Assembly: GCF_006345805.1 (NCBI RefSeq)
Contig: NC_042999.1
Span: 31,496,001-31,560,000 of the forward strand
Reading direction: 5' to 3'
Length of the DNA: 64,000 nt
From: Octopus sinensis
Taxonomy: Eukaryota
Part shown: positions 41,136-53,175 of the stretch, in pieces
Numbering within the stretch: the first letter of the stretch is position 1
Layout: each line of letters starts with the position of its first letter
Notes under the pieces: model-generated
Databases searched by the model: none
Told to the model about the DNA's origin: nothing
The model's input: the letters and a program-made list of their open reading frames with translations, nothing else
Translations under genes and position numbers: made by a program

Positions 41136-41547
41136 TGTGCGTGTCCACGTGTATGTCTGTGCATATAGAATTCTTTTTCTTCTCCAATACGCAGTTAGCA
41201 ATATTTGTGAAGAGTAGAGTTTGAGCAAGGGTCTTACCTAACTAAAATCAAGAGTCGTGTACGAAATCCTCAGTCAATAAGATACTTTTAAAATATTTAG
41301 CTGATTAAAAAGAAACTAGAAATATTTATACAAATATCTACTGAATACTGAACGTTCTGTTGTTCTATTTTCTACGAAATATACATATGCACATAAATAC
41401 ACTTACATGAATAAAATTTAGGAGTAAGTGCGTGATTGTGTGTGTGGTTTGTGTGTATGCATATGTATATATATGTATACATATATATACATAGTATACA
41501 CATATATATATATACATATAATATATGTTATATATATAATATATATT

Positions 41548-41593
<46 letters not shown>

Positions 41594-42024
41594 GATACAT
41601 GCATATATATATATATTTGTATATTCGTTTTTATTATATAAATATATCACTACGTATATATAATAATAGTAATAAAAATGGTTGTGTTTAATGATACTTA
41701 ATCATATACGCATAATCACACATAATGCCTACAGACTACATATGCATGCAAACACACATATATATACTTCTATAAAAGCACTTGGATAAAACACTTACAT
41801 ACGGAAATATAGTTGAGTATATACTTACAGATATACAGGAATAATATTCTAAGTAACATATTTAACAGACATAGAACTAAGTTAAAGTTGCATTATTATG
41901 TTATTGGACAGTGACATTTCAGTTTATTTCATTGTCCACTCTTGTGCCACTGACAGTCATGGAACTGACAGTTTTCGTGTATTTCTTTAAAAATTATTAC
42001 ATGATTATACTTTATTCTTATTTT

Positions 42025-42402
42025 TTATTGCACAAAAGTGGCTAAAATAAAGGGAACAAAGAAGGATAGACAAACGGATTAAGTCGATTACATCGACCCC
42101 GAAAGGATGAAAGGCAAAGTCGACCTCGGCGGAATTTTAACTCAGAACGTAATGGCAGACGAAATACCTATTTCTTCACTACCCACAAGGGGCTAAACAT
42201 AGAGGGGACACACAAGGACAGGCAGACAAACGGATTAAGACGATTATAACGACCCCAGTGCGTAACATGTACCTATATAATCGACCCCGAAAGGATGAAA
42301 TGCAAAGTCGACTTCGGTGGAATTTGAACTCAGAACGTGACGGCAGACGAAATACAGGTAAGCATTTCGCCCGGTGTGCTAACGTTTCTGCCTGCACGCC
42401 GC
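42025..42402 (-). mobile_element. Meta-domain SINE doublet (headless copy abutting a full copy)
   Basis: tcgaccccgaaaggatgaaa...caaagtcgac...aactcagaacgt...ggcagacgaaatac occurs at about 42093-42167 and again at about 42281-42355. Confidence 0.88.
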
Positions 42403-42916
42403 CTAGAATAATTATACTTTATTCTATTTTGTCATACAGAGAAGGAGTGACACGTGCATTGCACATAGTTTCAATGGATATTAAACTCGACACGCTCACA
42501 CATGTAGTCAGCTATATGCATAGTGTGTCACAGAGAGTAAGACGCAATCATAAACTACATAATATCGCATTTCATGAAATACATAAATCTGTACATATAA
42601 ACATGCAACGCGAGACACAGACAGAAAGGGAAGGTTTAGACAAAGCGAAAGTTAGGGATTCAACATATATATGTATCGATGAGATAAGTATAAATTTTAT
42701 ACAATTAATGAGCGGTATGTGAACGATCAACGCCTGCTAGAGAAGGTCGGTCTATGGTCGCAGTCCTGTGTAAGAAGCCATTCAAATTTTACATACAGAT
42801 ATACAAATACACACACACACATATACACACATTTATATACGTGTACATATGCATATATATATATATATATATGTGCGTGTGTGTGTATCTATGTATATAT
42901 GTATCTATGTATATAA

Positions 42917-42962
<46 letters not shown>

Positions 42963-43015
42963 TTTATATATGTATATGTGTGTATATATATTTGTGTGCA
43001 TATATACATTCATAA

Positions 43016-43027
<12 letters not shown>

Positions 43028-43046
<19 letters not shown>

Positions 43047-43198
43047 TCTTAGGGAAAGTTTACGAAAACAACAAAAAGACAGGTGGTGTACAAAAAAACA
43101 AACAGTATTAGTATAACGCTAAGGAATAGAAAAAATATTTTACCTTTCGAGCCTACGCCCTTCTACAGAATGGTACACAGAAAAAAACAAGTAGAGAA

Positions 43199-43200
<2 letters not shown>
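43028..43200 (-). mobile_element. Penelope-type terminal-repeat fragment with a decayed minimal hammerhead, in (TA)n
   Basis: Minus strand ...ttCTGTAGA-A-GGGC-gtag-GCTC-GAAAG-GTA-aaa (43137-43172); (TA)n on both sides. Confidence 0.55.
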
Positions 43201-43268
<68 letters not shown>

Positions 43269-43689
43269 TCCATATCGGCTAACTCTGATGCGCGTAAGGT
43301 TGTATAATCGGACTGCGCGAAGCCCATTGGTAAGATCAGGCGTGATGCATATATAATACTGTAGATTTCAGATAATATACCCACTCAATTGACAGAAATA
43401 CGAATTCATCTTTTCCCTGACTTACAGACTGTTACACGGCTCCTGTATATATTCTGGCCTTTTCAAAACTGTAACTACACTTGGATTGTTGGCAATTTCC
43501 CCCTCCTTCCTCGTTTTCTTTTGGACTTACCTATGTCTCCTGTTTCCTCAGCTCAAACCGTAAAACAACCACTTTTTCTCTCCCTGAGTGTCTTGGTATA
43601 CAGATATAGATGTCCGTGTGAGAGAAGGAAGGAAGTATCTAGAAAGATCGAAATATGTCTAAGTTTAGGACATGAACAGGGGCCCTACT

Positions 43690-44615
43690 AAAAATGACTT
43701 CAAAGATGCTTCCAAAGCTCAAGGAACACTAGATGAGGCATATACCAATGTAGAAACAGATTACTTTCTGAGATTAACAAAATTCCAAACTTGCATGCTG
43801 CAAAGCAACATGCTGCAGTATGGAAAATAATAAACACACTAACTGAAATAAATTTTAAGCCCCCTTTCCCAAAGCATCATGTTTTAAGGTGGTTCCTCTG
43901 AGAAGCGCAAGGCCAACTAGTTTGACCACTTTCAGAAACTTCTCGGAGAACCACCACAAGCTACCGGTCTTCCACTTACTCTACACTAACTGTCGAATGT
44001 ATTAGACATCAACACGGACCTTTCCACGTTGGATGAGCTCAAATTATATCTCAGTAGTTCCGATAGCTATAAATCTCCAGGACTCGATAACATACCAACA
44101 ATACTGTGGAAAGATCCAATATTTCATGAAATCTTATAGGTTTCTGCAACGACAAATATGCACATCATTTGCCTCCATCAGCTTGGTTGAAGGGTGGAAC
44201 TGTCCTTGTCTACCAAAAAGGTGATCTAACAAGTGAAGCAAATTATAGAGGCTCTAGACTCATCCTGATTGCAGCAAAAGTTTTTAATAAATTTCTGTTT
44301 AATAGGATTGTGCCTATGTTCGATCCACTTCGTAAGAATCAGAATGGAATTAGAAGTGGCCGGTCAATAACTGCTCAAATCCTCTCCATCCATCGCATAC
44401 TCTTTACTCTTTTACTTGTTTACTTTTTCAGTCATTTGACTGCGGCCATACTGGAGCATCGCCTTTAGGTGACCAAATCGACCCCAGGGCTTATACTTTG
44501 TAAAACTAGTACTTATTCTATCGGTCTCTTTTGCCGAACCTGTAAGTTACGGGGACGCAAACATACCAGCATCGTTAGTCAATCGATTTTGGTGGGGACA
44601 AACACAGACACACAA

Positions 44616-44677
<62 letters not shown>

Positions 44678-45110
44678 GACAGGCTTCTTCAGTTTCCGTC
44701 TACCAAATCCACTCACAAGGCTTTGGTCGGCCCGAGGCTATAATAGAAGACACACTTGCCCGAGGTGCCACGCAGTGGGACTGAACCCGGAGCCATATGG
44801 ATGGTAAGCAAGCTACTTACCTCGCAGCCACTCCTGCATACTGAAAAAAAATGAAAAAAGTTTAACACTATCGTCACAATCTGTTTTGTCGACTTTCGCA
44901 AATCATTTTATTCCATTAGAAAAGGTCTTATACTTAAAATCATTGCACTGAGTGGTATTCATCCCAGAATTGTTGATGCTATCAGAGATTTGTACCCAAA
45001 CACCACTGCCACAGTAATATCTCCTTTTGGAGAAATTGATTTCTTTGAAGTCGAAGCAGGTGTTCTGCAGTGTGACACACTAGCTCTTTTCTTGTTCATC
45101 ACAATATGCA
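43690..45110 (+). mobile_element. RTE-X-like LINE ORF2 (RT) relic, interrupted by a SINE
   Basis: KQHAAVWKIINTLT, KGDLTSEANYRG..LIAAKVFNK, LRKNQNGIRSGRSITAQILSIHRI, then after the SINE FVDFRKSF, GVLQCDTLALFLF. Confidence 0.85.
44400..44838 (-). mobile_element. CORE-domain tRNA SINE inserted in the LINE RT
   Basis: Full head, CORE and tail; gcatact present at both junctions (possible TSD). Confidence 0.92.
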
Positions 45111-45725
45111 GCCGTAATCAAAGCAATCAACATTAGATTATTGGAACCGCCGTCATCATAGCAGAAATGATTTTATCTCCCAATTATACATATATACACA
45201 TCGCCTGAATGTCTCCACTTTTTGCTGTCTCCCCTTTTTCGATGTATACATATATACATATTTTGTAGTTTATACCGAAACTGTTATGATTAATATATCT
45301 ACTTTGTTTATCAGCATAATTGCCTCCATATTTGTTCACCTTGATTCCTCCTAGAGCCATTCCCATCACCGTGAAATTGAACACCTCTAAAGATATCGGG
45401 GACTCAGTTTGCATTATTTGAGCACTACTAAATGCCTTCTATACGGAAAATCTCTGAATCTCATCTGTTGACAATATATATGTATATACGATGAATAGCC
45501 TTCGCGTAAACCACTGGTTCGTTTTGTTCTCTTACTTTATTATCATCTTATAATCATCTCATAATAATGACCTTTATGACTCGTATTACAACCTCAGTCA
45601 ATCTAAATATATATATTTGTCACTACCTGTCATAAATATGCATTTTCGTTAATTTTTCATATTTTAGCCTTACATTTCCACGTGTATTTTATATTTTCTT
45701 TTCGTAACATATTTTACTATATATA

Positions 45726-45762
<37 letters not shown>

Positions 45763-46066
45763 ACGATGAGGATATTTAAACCTCATGTAAAAATATCTTA
45801 TGTAAGATACACTGGTCTCCTATACTATATGTTGAAAAGATATTTTTTCAATGAACATATTATATAAAATATCGTAGAATATCACATAATATTGTCGAGG
45901 TAGAAGCCAGAGTGATCAAACGGACACAATATGATTTATCTAATTAATCAACATATTCACCTACCATTGTTTCATTCCACAACACAAGGATTACATTATG
46001 ATCCCTGATGTACACCCTGATGATTTTTCATACAAAGTATTTAAAATACAAAATGATATATTATAC

Positions 46067-46126
<60 letters not shown>

Positions 46127-46284
46127 CAAATATATATGTTTTAAAAATTTATTTTTGGGGGGCTTGTGAAATGAAATGATAATTGACGGTGATTATGATA
46201 ATTAATTACTAAATTGATTTGTATCCATTATATCTCCCTGTTTTCTAATTCGATCGTATAATATATATATATAGATATATATAT

Positions 46285-46321
<37 letters not shown>

Positions 46322-46333
46322 GGATATATATAG

Positions 46334-46400
<67 letters not shown>

Positions 46401-46424
46401 CTATATATACACACGCACACATTC

Positions 46425-46460
<36 letters not shown>

Positions 46461-46462
<2 letters not shown>

Positions 46463-46855
46463 TTTACTTGTAATCATCATTTGACTGCGGCCATGCTGGA
46501 GCACCGCCTTTTAGTCGAGCAATCGACTCCAGGACTTATTCTTTGGAAGCCTAGTGCTTATTCTATCGGTCTTTTTGGCGAACCGCTAAGTTACGTGGAT
46601 ATAAACACCACCATCTGTTGTCAAGTGATGTTGGGGGGACAAACACAGGCACACAAACACCTACACCCACATACATATAAATATACATATATACGACGGG
46701 CTTCTTTCAGTTTCCGTCTACTAAATTCACTCACTAGGCTTTGGTCGGTCTGAAATTACAGTAGAAACACTCGCCCAAGGTGCCACGCAGTGGAAACGAA
46801 GCCGGAACTATATGGTTGGTAAACAAGCTAATTACCACACAGCAACTTCTGCTCC
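46461..46855 (-). mobile_element. CORE-domain tRNA SINE
   Basis: catttgactgcggccatgctggagcaccgcc...cccaaggtgccacgcagtgg. Confidence 0.9.
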
Positions 46856-48704
46856 ATATACACACACACACATATATATATATATTCTCACCCATATTTA
46901 TGATATTGAACGAGTTAAATGGTAATCAATGCATGATGTATAAGTGATATTCTCATCGATATGTGAAGTATCCGTATTCATAATGTCAATACGTATATTA
47001 TGAATATTGTGTGCAATATAAAATGAATATAAATAATAACAATGCCATTAACACGTGAAAAAATGAAGGTAACCGTTGAGTACGCAACAGCTTCAATTTG
47101 AATGTTTGCTGCTTCCGGTATATTTTTTTTTATAGATGGTCCATACATAATAAACGCGAAAATTCTTCATGCTTTCATACCTTCGATGTTCCATAGAAGT
47201 TCAGAGAGGCTGTGTAGTTTACCCTAGTTAATTTTCTGCTGCTGAACACAAAATATCTAAATGTGTAGCAATTTATATGCACTGTCTCAAAGACATCAGT
47301 TGTTACAATCTCACGTAGTTTGTTATGAAAACTGGAAGGCTTTTCTAAAGTAGGTGCACTCATGGGATCTCTACAATAAAGAATCTAGTGAAATTTTTAG
47401 ACAGAATAAACCATTTTCTCAATCGAAAGCAAGACGTGATCACTTTTTGCAGACATCGATTTTTTAAAACGTTCTCATGTCACCATTGATCGATATTTTC
47501 TACTTATATTAGAATGTACTGTAACTTTCCTTCATTTCTAGTTACTTGCCCTAGCTTTGGTCTAACGTTATACGCATATTGGGTTTTATTTGAGCATATT
47601 TTGATGTCATTATTTGTAATAATAGATACCTTAGACTTATTTTTTAATTAAATAATGTTAGTTGCAACTTATATATTGCTAAAACAGTTTTTCGTTTGCG
47701 TCATTTTCTTCTATTTTATTTTAAATTTATCCCCCGTGAATTATATAAAAAACACTTGAGGATACATACAATATATTCAGGCCATGAAACACATGGGCCC
47801 AAGTTTTCCACACAGAGCACTTCTAATTGGCATGTTACTAATCTCTTTCCTATGAATTATTAATTCATTTTGATATTAGCCATATTGTTACGGTACGATT
47901 TACGATATTTCTCGCCGTGTCACTATATTATTATCAGAATCGCCACGTAACAGTTATATATATTCGATCTATATCCCTCTCCGCTTGAGTTCTTTGCGAA
48001 TTTGTAAACCCTTTCTCGTTCATCTATATATTTCTTCCTTACTGCATCCCTCACATTTACTTATAAGATTTCGATTTTACTTCTTAACTATAATCATTGC
48101 TGTAATACGAATCCAGTTGCCCACGCGCCATGGTTCCTCCATATCTTAACGATATATGTTTTTAAATATTGCTTCTACAAATAGCAGATTCAATTCTTCC
48201 GATCAAGAGATCAAGTGAGGATACAATTAATGCTTAGACTTATTTCGTATTTAAATGCTAATATGATTTTATTGTATTTCTTTGTATGCATAATGCATTA
48301 TACTCTATCAAGTTTTCATCGCGTCACTGAAACAGCTGTAAAGGATCACCAAGGATTTTTATTGTTCTTAGTTGTATTTTCGATAATATAAACTCCAGAT
48401 ATCTTTAAATTTTAAAGAGTAAGCATGAACTATCTTCCTTATTTTTGCATAATTATATTTACGTTACAAGTAAATTCAATGGCTACATCAGAGTGGCTTT
48501 ACCGTGCTACCACGGGTATGTCTGGCTTTTTCAGTTTTCGACAATTTTCGTCACTGGTACAGGATTTTAGGATTTTTATTCATCTTTATGTTTAAGTGAG
48601 AATTTGTGGTTTGATTAATTTGTATGCTATTCTTAGCATACCCATATTGCTTGTTAGTACCCTTAATTATTAATACAAACATTCATGTTCATATATATAT
48701 ATAC

Positions 48705-49095
48705 GCGCAGGAGTGGCTGTGTGGTAAGTAGCTTGTTTACCAACCACATGGTTCCGGGTTCAGTCCCACTGCGTGGCACCTTAGGCAGGTGTCTTCTACT
48801 ATATCCTCGGGCCGACCAAAGCCTTGTGAGTGGATTTAGTAGACGGAAACTGAAAGAAGCCCGTCGTATATATGTATATATATATATGCGTGTGTGTGTT
48901 TGTCCCCCTAGCATTGCTTGACAACCGATGCTGGTGTGTTTATGTTCCCGTTACTTCGCGGTTCGGCAAAAGAGACCGATAGAATAAGTACTAAGCTTAC
49001 AAAAGAATAAGTCCCGGGGTCGAGTTGCTCGATTAAAGGCGGTGCTTCAGCATGGCTGCAGTCAAATGACTGAAACAAGTAAAAGAGTAAAAGAG
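48705..49095 (+). mobile_element. CORE-domain tRNA SINE, full length
   Basis: gcgcaggagtggctgtgtggtaag...ggttcagtccc...tail gtaaaagagtaaaagag. Confidence 0.92.
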
Positions 49096-49102
49096 ATATG
49101 TA

Positions 49103-50351
49103 CAGGGTTTGGACAAAATAATGGAAAAATTTGCATTATAGCATCATGATTTTTAAATATCTATAAAACCGTTAAAAGCTTGTTTATTTTTTTGTTTCTG
49201 ATTTATTATTAATGTTACTTAACAAATTTTGCTAAAATTGCTATTTCTTTTCAGGTAATTAAAATTTATTAAAAAAATGACAGATCTATCGGATTGTTGG
49301 TGCTCGTATACTAGGCGCTAGCATAATGAAGACAGCCGAAATGTTTAGTGTATCAACAAAGTACTCTCTTGAAAGTAATAACAACCTTTGAGAAAGAGGG
49401 AAAAACCTTCTCGTGGAAACAAAATCCCGAAAGAAAACTAAAACTTTCAGATAGGGGCCGTCGCTGTCTTACGCTAATTGTTAGAAAGGATAAAAAAACA
49501 CAGCTCTCAAAATTACTGCAGAGCGTAATGACAATCTAGAGAACACAGTTTCCCCATCAACTGTTCGCCAGGTGCTGCACAAAGCCGGATTTCACGGGAG
49601 GGCTACAATAAGAAAACCACTATTTTCAAAAATAAATCTTGTAAAACGTTTACAGTCGATTAAATAAACAAAAATCCTACAGAAGTGGTCCGAAGAGCAG
49701 TGGAAGAATGTCATATTCTCGGACGCGTCATCCTTTACCTTATTTTTGACCACCAGCCCAGTATACGTGTGGAGACAGCCAAAATATGCATTTAACCCAG
49801 ACTGCCTTAATCCAAATGTTAAACATGTAGAAGGATCTGTAGTGATCTGGAAGGGGGTTAAATATTGGAAATCCGCCGACCTAATGGCTTCCCTTCGGGG
49901 AAGAATTAATAGTCAAGACTATTTAAGCATTCTATCTCATCACATTCATCCTATGGTTACAGAACACTTTCCGGAGGAAAATGCAATCTTACAGGGTTAT
50001 AACGCTCCAATTCACACAACTAAAGTTGTTACTGAATAGTACGAGGACATTGTGGTGAGGTTGAACATCTTATGTCTATCACAGTCCCCGGATCTCATTA
50101 TAATCAAATGTTTGTGGTGCATTTCAGAAACACAGCTAAGGAGTCGATACCCTCCGTTACCATCACTACAATAGCTGGAGACTGTTTTAGTTGAAGAATG
50201 GGCAAAAATTCCTTTGGAAACAATACAAACTTTGTACGAGTCCATACTTTATAAAATTCAAGCTTTAATTACTTTCAAAGACGTTCTACTCCATATTAAA
50301 ATAAATTTCTTTGAAATTTTAAGGTGTTTCCATTATTTTGTCCAACCCCTG
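49103..50351 (+). mobile_element. Tc1 (DD34E) DNA transposon, near full length, pseudogenised
   Basis: TIRs cagggtttggacaaaataatggaaa / tttccattattttgtccaacccctg with TA flanks; motifs KLSDRGRR, GFHGRATIRKP, FSDAS, LQGYNAPIHT, QSPDLIIIKCLW. Confidence 0.92.
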
Positions 50352-50689
50352 TATATGTACATGTGTGTGTATGTCTGTCTATGTATATATATATGTGTGT
50401 GCGTGTGTGTGCGTGAATTTGTATACATATGTATAAGTATGTATATGCATATGTATATATACATACATATATAAATTTGTATACACATGTATACACATTT
50501 GTATGTAAATCTATCTATCTATCTATCTACCCATATATATATAATATATATATATATATATTATATATATATATATATCTATATATATCAATAATAAGGA
50601 TTACTACGAAGTTTCATAGCCTTTCGTTCTTTACGTAGACCAACACCTATGGGTATATATGTACTCACACACATACAGACATATTTATG

Positions 50690-51356
50690 ATGGACTGGCC
50701 AAAAACTGTTATTTTTTTGCGAAGATAAGACGCAAATTTTAAACACAGAGCATGTTATTCGATCAATGATATGATAACGTGTAGTCCGAGTATTTTCCAC
50801 CATCTCATGAGTATATCCATTATTTGCAGCGCAAGGAACTTTTTTCGTTGCTGGCGAAAATATTTTAGGCGAATGATTACATCCTTTTTAGTGTTGAAGG
50901 TCTCTCTTATCAGTGCACTTTGAAGAGATGAAAGCAGGCGGAAATCCGAAGGTGTAAAGTCGGGCAAATATGGTGACTGTAGAAAAAACTCCTATCCAAG
51001 CCACGGTACCTTCTGCCGCGTCTTCATATAAAGGTACGTTCTGGGATTTGCATGATGAATGACAATGTTCTTACGATTAGCAATTATGGGGTGTTTACTG
51101 CGGATCGCTGCGTTTAATTTATGACAGTACACAAATGAATGGATATGTATACAGGAAGAAGAAAACTTTCTTCCAATCCCACCAAATTCAAAGGAGAATC
51201 TGATTGGTGTAAAATCCTTGGAGGATGTTTTTGGGTGGTTTTCCGCACCTTTTCTTTGATCGTTTTGCGCTTCACGTTGCCGCATGCAGTCCATTTTCCG
51301 TCCACTAACACTTACAAAACAGAGAGAGAGAGAGGGAGAGCGAGCGAAAGAGTGAG

Positions 51357-51394
<38 letters not shown>

Positions 51395-51680
51395 TGGAGA
51401 GGATATGAAATCGAGACGAGAATCCATTTTTTACCCTTTTTCTGCAACGACTCGCTGCTGGATTGAATTGATGTGGGCCACAAACCTCGTGTCTGCTGAC
51501 ATAACCAAGTTTCATATTTCAGGAATATCTGCGAGCACCTTGGTCCCATAAAGCGGTGGTTGTTGGCACTGTTAATCTCAGTTGGCCAGACAGAGCAATG
51601 TTACCCTTGAACTTCAAAATTTCTAGATCGAGGTCTTGAGAGCGACTTCTGTTACATGAGATCATGTTCGTGCTCTGTAA
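50690..51680 (-). mobile_element. Mariner (DD34D) relic containing an expanded (GA)n tract
   Basis: KLGYVSRHEVCGPH (like LGYVSRLDVWVPH), DGKWTACGNVKRK (like DEKW..YNNVKRK), IHHANPR (like HHDNARP), YLPDFTPSDFRL (like YSPDLAPSDFHL); (GA)n at 51320-51400. Confidence 0.8.
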
Positions 51681-52199
51681 ATGCATCTTGCTGCTACCAA
51701 ATTTTCGAAGAAACTGGTGGCAGATGAGAGAAAATGACTTGAGTCAGATTTTGACAAATTCAATACATACACCCAAGAAACTGAGAAGATTCTAAAGTGT
51801 TAAAAGAAATTCCTGCAAGTTGAAAGAAGAAGCAATCATAGCATCTTATGGTCAGTATGTCAAAAAGAATGTCATAGGCGCTAAAAATCTATGTTATTAT
51901 TTTCAACTTCTTTGATTGGAAAATTCATGTTATTATCCCTTTGTATATTTGTGCCATGCATATATACTTCCTAGTAAACCTCCTTAAAAACGCCAATCAC
52001 GTAATGTCAACAGTCACAAAAGCCTACGATACACAGCCTCGATAATATACAACATATATTATACCACCACATGCTGGTTTCACAAATTTCACGTATATGT
52101 TTTTAATGTATAACAATACATAATACATATACACAAGTATACATCCTCAAGCACACGCATACATACATACTTATATAGGTATATAAGCATATTAATATC

Positions 52200-52870
52200 A
52201 TCTAGCAGTGTACATTGGATATTCTTAATGTCTAACCCAAAGAGATACGTAGACGTTGTGATTTCATAGTGATACGCCTATACTTCAAATGCTTATTGCA
52301 CATACGCACGCACAGATTCGAAATTAATACACCGAAACATGTGGAGGCATATGACCTAGTGGTTACAGCAGCGGATTCGCGGTCGAGGGATCGCGGGTTC
52401 GAATCTCAGACAGGGTGCTGTGTGTATTTATGAGCGAAACACCTAAGCTCCACGCGGCTCCGGCAGAAGGTAATGGCGAATTTCTGCTGACTCTTTCGCC
52501 ACAACTTTCTCTCACTCTTTCCTCCTGCCTCTTGCAGCTCACCTGCGACAGACCGGCGTCCCGTCGAGGTGGGGAACCTATACACCAATGAAACCGGGAA
52601 ACCGGCCTTTATGAATCAGGCATAGCTCAAGAAGGAACAACACCGTAACATGAACGAATGTTCTTGTACATTTGAAACCTCATCTCATTCATCGTCTTTT
52701 CGTTAATTCCGTTTTCAGTGTTAAGTTATAGCAAAAATTATAAAAATGAAAACATGTTCCCTTGCATCTATTTCTTGCTTTCTTTTGCACAGATTTTCTT
52801 CTTCAAGTGTACATCCTGAAGAAGGACTTAATGCCGAAACGCTAAAATTACTTTCACTGGGTCCAACATT
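52200..52870 (+). mobile_element. Probable Penelope-like 3' end (endonuclease C-terminus plus terminal repeat with hammerhead-like motif), split by a SINE
   Basis: DFIVIRLYFKC before the SINE and ERMFLY..LKPHL after it resemble a PLE C-terminus; CTGAAGA-A-GG..CC-GAAAC at about 52816-52840. Confidence 0.45.
52342..52639 (+). mobile_element. tRNA(Arg)-like SINE with V-domain-like 3' part and 13-bp TSD
   Basis: A box tgacctagtggtt, B box ggttcgaatct, cctgcgacagaccggcgtcccgtcgagg; TSD acaccgaaacatg (52329-52341) / acaccgtaacatg (52640-52652). Confidence 0.9.
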
Positions 52871-53175
52871 CGGCGCAAAGTGAATAATTGCTCTCCGTGT
52901 TGCTATTTGGCAGCGTAAAATTTGGGACATCCCCTAGGCTGTCATGTGGTAATCCATGCAATTCTTTCTATTTTCTCCCATACATTATTGAATAATACTG
53001 TTCCTCTTTGAGCCATAAAACAAGATTCTATTTTGCGTCTTGGAATTTTCCCGTATAAATATCGAATTACATTGGATATTAATTTATTCATTTCGCTCTC
53101 ACTTCATCTCTCTCTCTCTCTTTCTCTCTCATTATACATAAATACACACACACACACCTATATATATATATATAT

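Noticed and set aside
45184-45414. 76-aa ORF ending KQSRYINHNSFGINYK, faintly like a GIY-YIG C-terminus
   Set aside because: Similarity too weak to support without a search
47120-47400. Polypyrimidine tract plus AG (tttttttttatag) as a host exon acceptor
   Set aside because: Downstream frames close quickly, with no recognisable protein or clear donor
47886-47951. tgttacg...cgtaaca resembling solo-LTR ends
   Set aside because: Only 66 bp and no convincing TSD
52342-52415. tRNA-Arg-like sequence (also 26240-26313 and the other SINE heads)
   Set aside because: Continues into a SINE body with a TSD and lacks a proper acceptor stem; not a tRNA gene
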